Positions 46,256-50,780 of a DNA stretch of 50,780 nt are shown piece after piece. Below the pieces are notes generated by a model. The model made no database searches, had not been told where the DNA came from, and saw only the letters and a program-made list of their open reading frames with translations. The position numbers were made by a program, and so were the translations under genes. Each line of letters starts with the position of its first letter. The first letter of the stretch is position 1. Source of the stretch: Gemmatimonas sp. (GTDB taxonomy: Bacteria > Gemmatimonadota > Gemmatimonadetes > Gemmatimonadales > Gemmatimonadaceae); NCBI RefSeq assembly GCF_044345575.1, contig NZ_JBIJAW010000001.1:1-50780 (forward strand). Direction: 5' to 3'.

Positions 46256-47899
46256 TCAAGGCACCGTGACGGCGCGCCGCGTTTCGAGATTGCCGAACAC
46301 ATCGCGCGGAGTGCGGGCGCCTTGCAGCACCTGCGTCGCGCGCTGGAGCGTCGCATCGTCCTGCGTGCGTCGCAGGAATTCGGCATCACTGCCGAAAGAC
46401 ACGCGCGCCATCTCGTAGCCCAGCGACCGCGCGATCCATGGTCCCGCGGCGTCGTACACCGCGCGCGGCGGCGCGACCTTCCGCTGCACAAGGTCCGCGT
46501 AGATGTCGTCGAGATCGGCCCGCGTCACCGGATCGCCCGGTGACTTCATCGTGCGACGGTGCTGCTGGGCGTGCTTGCTGAGCGCATCACGGTAGGCGCC
46601 CAGATTCCGCCCCATCGCGCGGGCAAGCACCTGCACCGGCTGCGGCGTGATCGTGTCACCCACGATCACGTCGGGCGTGATGCCACCGCCGCCGAAGACC
46701 GTGCGTCCGGCATCGGTACGGAAACGCGGCTTGATGGTGTCGGGTAGCGATACGCCGCCTGTGTCCGGATCGATCTCATCGTCCTGCGGCCGCTCCACTG
46801 GACGATTGATGCTGCGCCCCACCGGCGTGTACCAGCGCGCGATGGTGAGCCGCAATGCGCTGCCGTTCGAGAGCGGATAGACATTCTGCGCGCTCCCCTT
46901 ACCGAAGCTGGTGACACCGAGCACCACCGCACGATCGTGATCCTGCAGCGCGCCGGCCACGATCTCCGAGGCGCTCGCGCTCGAGCGATCGACGAGCACG
47001 GCCAGCGGCAGCGTGGGCCACCGTTGCGGCTGGGAGTCGGTGAACGTCTGCGGCGGAACGCCGGCACGTCCGCGCAGCTGCACGATGCTCTGCCCGCGGT
47101 CGAGGAACAGCTCGGCGACAGCCACCCCCTGCTCCAGGAGGCCGCCCGGGTTACCACGCAGGTCCATGACCATGGACCGCGCGCCCATCTTCACCAGGGA
47201 ATCAATGGCCGCAGCCACTTCGTCGGCGGTGAACGCGTTGAAGACGTTCACGTCCAGGTAGCCCACACCATTCTGCAGCAGCGCGACACGCTGCACGGCC
47301 CGCAGATGCACCTTGTCGCGAGTGAGCGTGAACACCTGCCGCTGGTTCTCCCGCTCCACGGTAAACGCGACCGTTGTCCCGGTGGGGCCGCGCAATCGTC
47401 GCAGCACTTCCTCACGATCGAGATCCTTCGTGCTTTCCTTGCCGATGAGCACGATACGGTCACCCGCGAGAATGCCGGCCCGCTCCGACGGCCCGCCGAT
47501 CAGCGGCTCGATGACGATGGGCCATCCGTCACGGATGTCCACCTGCAGGCCGATCCCCGAGAACGTGCCGTTCATCTGTTCGCTCAACCGACGGACACGA
47601 TCTTCCGTGAGGAACGAGGTGAACGGATCGTCGAGTTCGTTGAGCATACCCGTGACCGACTTCGCGTAGATGGAGTCGGGCGGGATGGAATCCACATACT
47701 TCTGCGCGATCGCGGCCACCACCTGATCGAACAGACGCGCGCCGCCGAGGGGCGCGCGTGACGGTTGCGACGCCGCGGTGAGATCCCGGCCGGCCCACCA
47801 GCCGCCAACACCAAGCAGCGCGCCGAAGCCGAGGGCCGCGACGAGGGCGCGCAGTGGACGGCGGGTAACCGCGGGGGCGTCGGGAAGAATTTCGGGCAT
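46256..47899 (-). CDS. S41A carboxyl-terminal processing protease
   Basis: LDDPF, a PDZ domain (GIGL), DLRGNPGG, SASASEIVAGALQD, SFGKGS and GGGITPD. Confidence 0.93.
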   Translation of the reverse strand: MPEILPDAPAVTRRPLRALVAALGFGALLGVGGWWAGRDLTAASQPSRAPLGGARLFDQVVAAIAQKYVDSIPPDSIYAKSVTGMLNELDDPFTSFLTEDRVRRLSEQMNGTFSGIGLQVDIRDGWPIVIEPLIGGPSERAGILAGDRIVLIGKESTKDLDREEVLRRLRGPTGTTVAFTVERENQRQVFTLTRDKVHLRAVQRVALLQNGVGYLDVNVFNAFTADEVAAAIDSLVKMGARSMVMDLRGNPGGLLEQGVAVAELFLDRGQSIVQLRGRAGVPPQTFTDSQPQRWPTLPLAVLVDRSSASASEIVAGALQDHDRAVVLGVTSFGKGSAQNVYPLSNGSALRLTIARWYTPVGRSINRPVERPQDDEIDPDTGGVSLPDTIKPRFRTDAGRTVFGGGGITPDVIVGDTITPQPVQVLARAMGRNLGAYRDALSKHAQQHRRTMKSPGDPVTRADLDDIYADLVQRKVAPPRAVYDAAGPWIARSLGYEMARVSFGSDAEFLRRTQDDATLQRATQVLQGARTPRDVFGNLETRRAVTVP

Positions 47900-47914
47900 G
47901 AAGGCTGTACGGAC

Positions 47915-48655
47915 TCAGAGCGCGCCGAGGGCCGCCGTGGCCGCTGCGGCGAACCGCTCAGGCCACCGCGCCACCAGCGCCTCCAGACAACGGCCGGTCA
48001 CCGCGTCGGCGGCACCCTCAGCGGGTACCGCGACCACCGGACCGACTTCCGGATGCTGTGCCTGCCATTCGGCGCTGACGGCGCGATCGAACGCCTCGCG
48101 CACGCGCTCGTGGAACGCGAGATCCTCGCGCTCCATACGATCGGCGGCCCCGCGCGCGTGCATGCGCGCCTGCGCCTCAGCGAGGGGCAACGACAACAGC
48201 AAGGTGAGATCGGGCGCGAGGCCACCTGTGGCGAAATGATTCACCGCCCGCAACGACGACATGGGCAGCCCACGACCAGCCCCCTGATACGCATAGGTGC
48301 TGAGCAGGAAGCGGTCCACCATGACCACGGCACCGCGTTGCACGGCGGGGGCGATCACGTCACGCACGAGTTGCGCGCGTGAGGCGGCGAACAGGAGCGC
48401 CTCGCTTTCCGCGGCAAGCTGGGACGCCGGATCGAGCAACAGCGCACGGATGGCGTCGCCCGCCGGCGTGCCACCCGGCTCGCGAACGGCAACCACGTCG
48501 TGCCCCACCGCGCGCAAGGCGTCGGCCAGCCGTGACCACTGAGTGGTCTTGCCTGCCCCTTCGCCACCTTCGAGCACGACGAACACCCCGCGACGGTCTG
48601 CCGCCGCGAGGGACACACTGTCGGCCCTCGGACTGTCCAACGCGTCGTCGACCAT
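47915..48655 (-). CDS. tmk: Thymidylate kinase
   Basis: EGGEGAGKTTQ, REPGGT and DRFLLSTYAYQG. Start uncertain. Confidence 0.92.
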   Translation of the reverse strand: MVDDALDSPRADSVSLAAADRRGVFVVLEGGEGAGKTTQWSRLADALRAVGHDVVAVREPGGTPAGDAIRALLLDPASQLAAESEALLFAASRAQLVRDVIAPAVQRGAVVMVDRFLLSTYAYQGAGRGLPMSSLRAVNHFATGGLAPDLTLLLSLPLAEAQARMHARGAADRMEREDLAFHERVREAFDRAVSAEWQAQHPEVGPVVAVPAEGAADAVTGRCLEALVARWPERFAAAATAALGAL

Positions 48656-48674
48656 GTCGGCGGCGGCCAAACGC

Positions 48675-49025
48675 TCAGCCAAGAATGATCGGGCTCGCGG
48701 CACCGGTGCGGATGCCATCGGCAATCCACTGGTTCACGCGCAGCATGAGCTTGTCGAAGTTGTCCTGTGCGCTGATGGCCGCCTGATACGCCGGGTTCAC
48801 CTGAACCTGCTGCAGCAGCGTGTCGAGCTGCTGCTCCATGTCGCCCGTGGGTTCCTCACCGCGGTCGATCATCGCCTGCGCGTCCTGACGGATCTTCTCC
48901 ATCTGCCGAAGGATCGTCGTGGCCTCGCGGTCGTTATTGAGCGCGTCGCTCGAGCGCTTCACGGCCTTGTATTCCTCGCTCTGGCCGATCGAGCGGCCGA
49001 GATCCTTCGCCTTGTCTTCGAGCAT
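48675..49025 (-). CDS. YlbF/YmcA-like helical regulator
   Basis: MLEDKAKDLGRSIGQSEEY...AQDNFDKLMLRVNQWI matches the Com_YlbF pattern. Confidence 0.75.
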   Translation of the reverse strand: MLEDKAKDLGRSIGQSEEYKAVKRSSDALNNDREATTILRQMEKIRQDAQAMIDRGEEPTGDMEQQLDTLLQQVQVNPAYQAAISAQDNFDKLMLRVNQWIADGIRTGAASPIILG

Positions 49026-49053
49026 GAATCCGGCCTCCCGGCCGTGGAATGAG

Positions 49054-49952
49054 TTACTCCGGCGGCGTGCGGGCCAACAGCACCCGGTCACGCCCCGCGA
49101 GGTCCTGCTTGACCTGCACCACGTCATACCCCGCAGCCGCGGCCATGGCCGCCACGGGCGCCGCACGGTTCGCATCGAGCTCCAGGATCAGCCACCCGCC
49201 GGGCTCCAGCAACGCTCGAGCGTCCTGCACCAGCACCTGATACCGGGCGAGCCCCCCGTTGGCCGCGAACAGCGCCAGGGTGGGCTCCCAGTCGCGTACG
49301 CTGGCCGGCAGCCGCACGGCTTCCTCGTACGCAATGTACGGGGGATTCGAGACAATCACACGGGCCTTCTCGTGGTCAGCCAGCCGGGCCCGCAGCGGCG
49401 CCAAGTCGGCCCCGTGCCGGAACTCGACGGGAGCCATCGCCACCCCCTGCTGCCGAAGCCATTCGGCGTTCTCCTGTGCCACGGCGAGCGCCTCCAAGGA
49501 GACATCGGTAGCCAGCACCGCATCGAAACGCCCTTCGGTGGCGAGGGCGAGCGCAATGGCCCCCGACCCGGTCCCGATGTCCACGGCCAGCCCGCCTGGG
49601 GCGGCGGCGGCGACCTGCAGCACCTCCTCCACCACCACTTCGGTCTCAGGGCGCGGAATCAGCACGCGGCTGTCCACGCGCAGCACAAGATCGCGGAAGG
49701 GGGCCTCGCCCACTGCATAGGCCAGCGGCTCCCCACGGAGCCGTCGATGCAGCGCGATTTCGATGTGGGCAGCCTCCCCCGCGCGCAGCGCCGGCTCGGC
49801 CACGAGACGCTGGGCCAACTCGCCGGGAGAAAGGTGCAGCACCCCGGCGACGAGCAACCGCCCCTCGCGAGCAGCGTCCTGACGGACCTCCGGCTCGAGT
49901 TGCGCGCATTCGCCAATCAACGACACCACACGCTGCACCACCTCGCGCAACG

Positions 49953-49956
<4 letters not shown>
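49054..49956 (-). CDS. prmC: Release factor glutamine methyltransferase
   Basis: [25 protein letters not shown] and VSNPPY. Confidence 0.95.

Positions 49957-50780
<824 letters not shown>

Overview
This is a GC-rich bacterial chromosomal window. Gene content and style suggest a Gemmatimonas-like member of Gemmatimonadota (inference). Housekeeping genes (icd, tRNA-Gln, prs-rplY-pth, ychF, rpsF-rpsR-DUF2232-rplI, rsfS, smc, aroF, lolA, tmk, prmC, prfA) are interleaved with envelope and secreted proteins: BNR propellers, a TonB-dependent receptor, two 'plug-only' paralogs, two M28 peptidases, a 13-domain Ig lipoprotein, a peptidase-PD40-BamA fusion and two SPOR proteins. I see no CRISPR array, integrase or transposase. 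The most unusual signal is non-coding. Three copies of a hairpin element have arms built from 7-nt tandem repeats around a GCTCCCC/GGGAGC core, and one copy overlaps the stop codon of a four-helix-bundle (IVP/bAvd-like) gene. Three further long intergenic hairpins show 8-, 12- and about 15-nt periodicity. Regulatory patterns read from the sequence are: a TANNNT-YCR(A)GGCT motif shared by four translation-gene promoters, tandem ECF-type promoters before the TonB receptor, a sigma28-like promoter before the Ig lipoprotein, and five probable leaderless genes. All family assignments come from motif recognition by eye, not from database searches.
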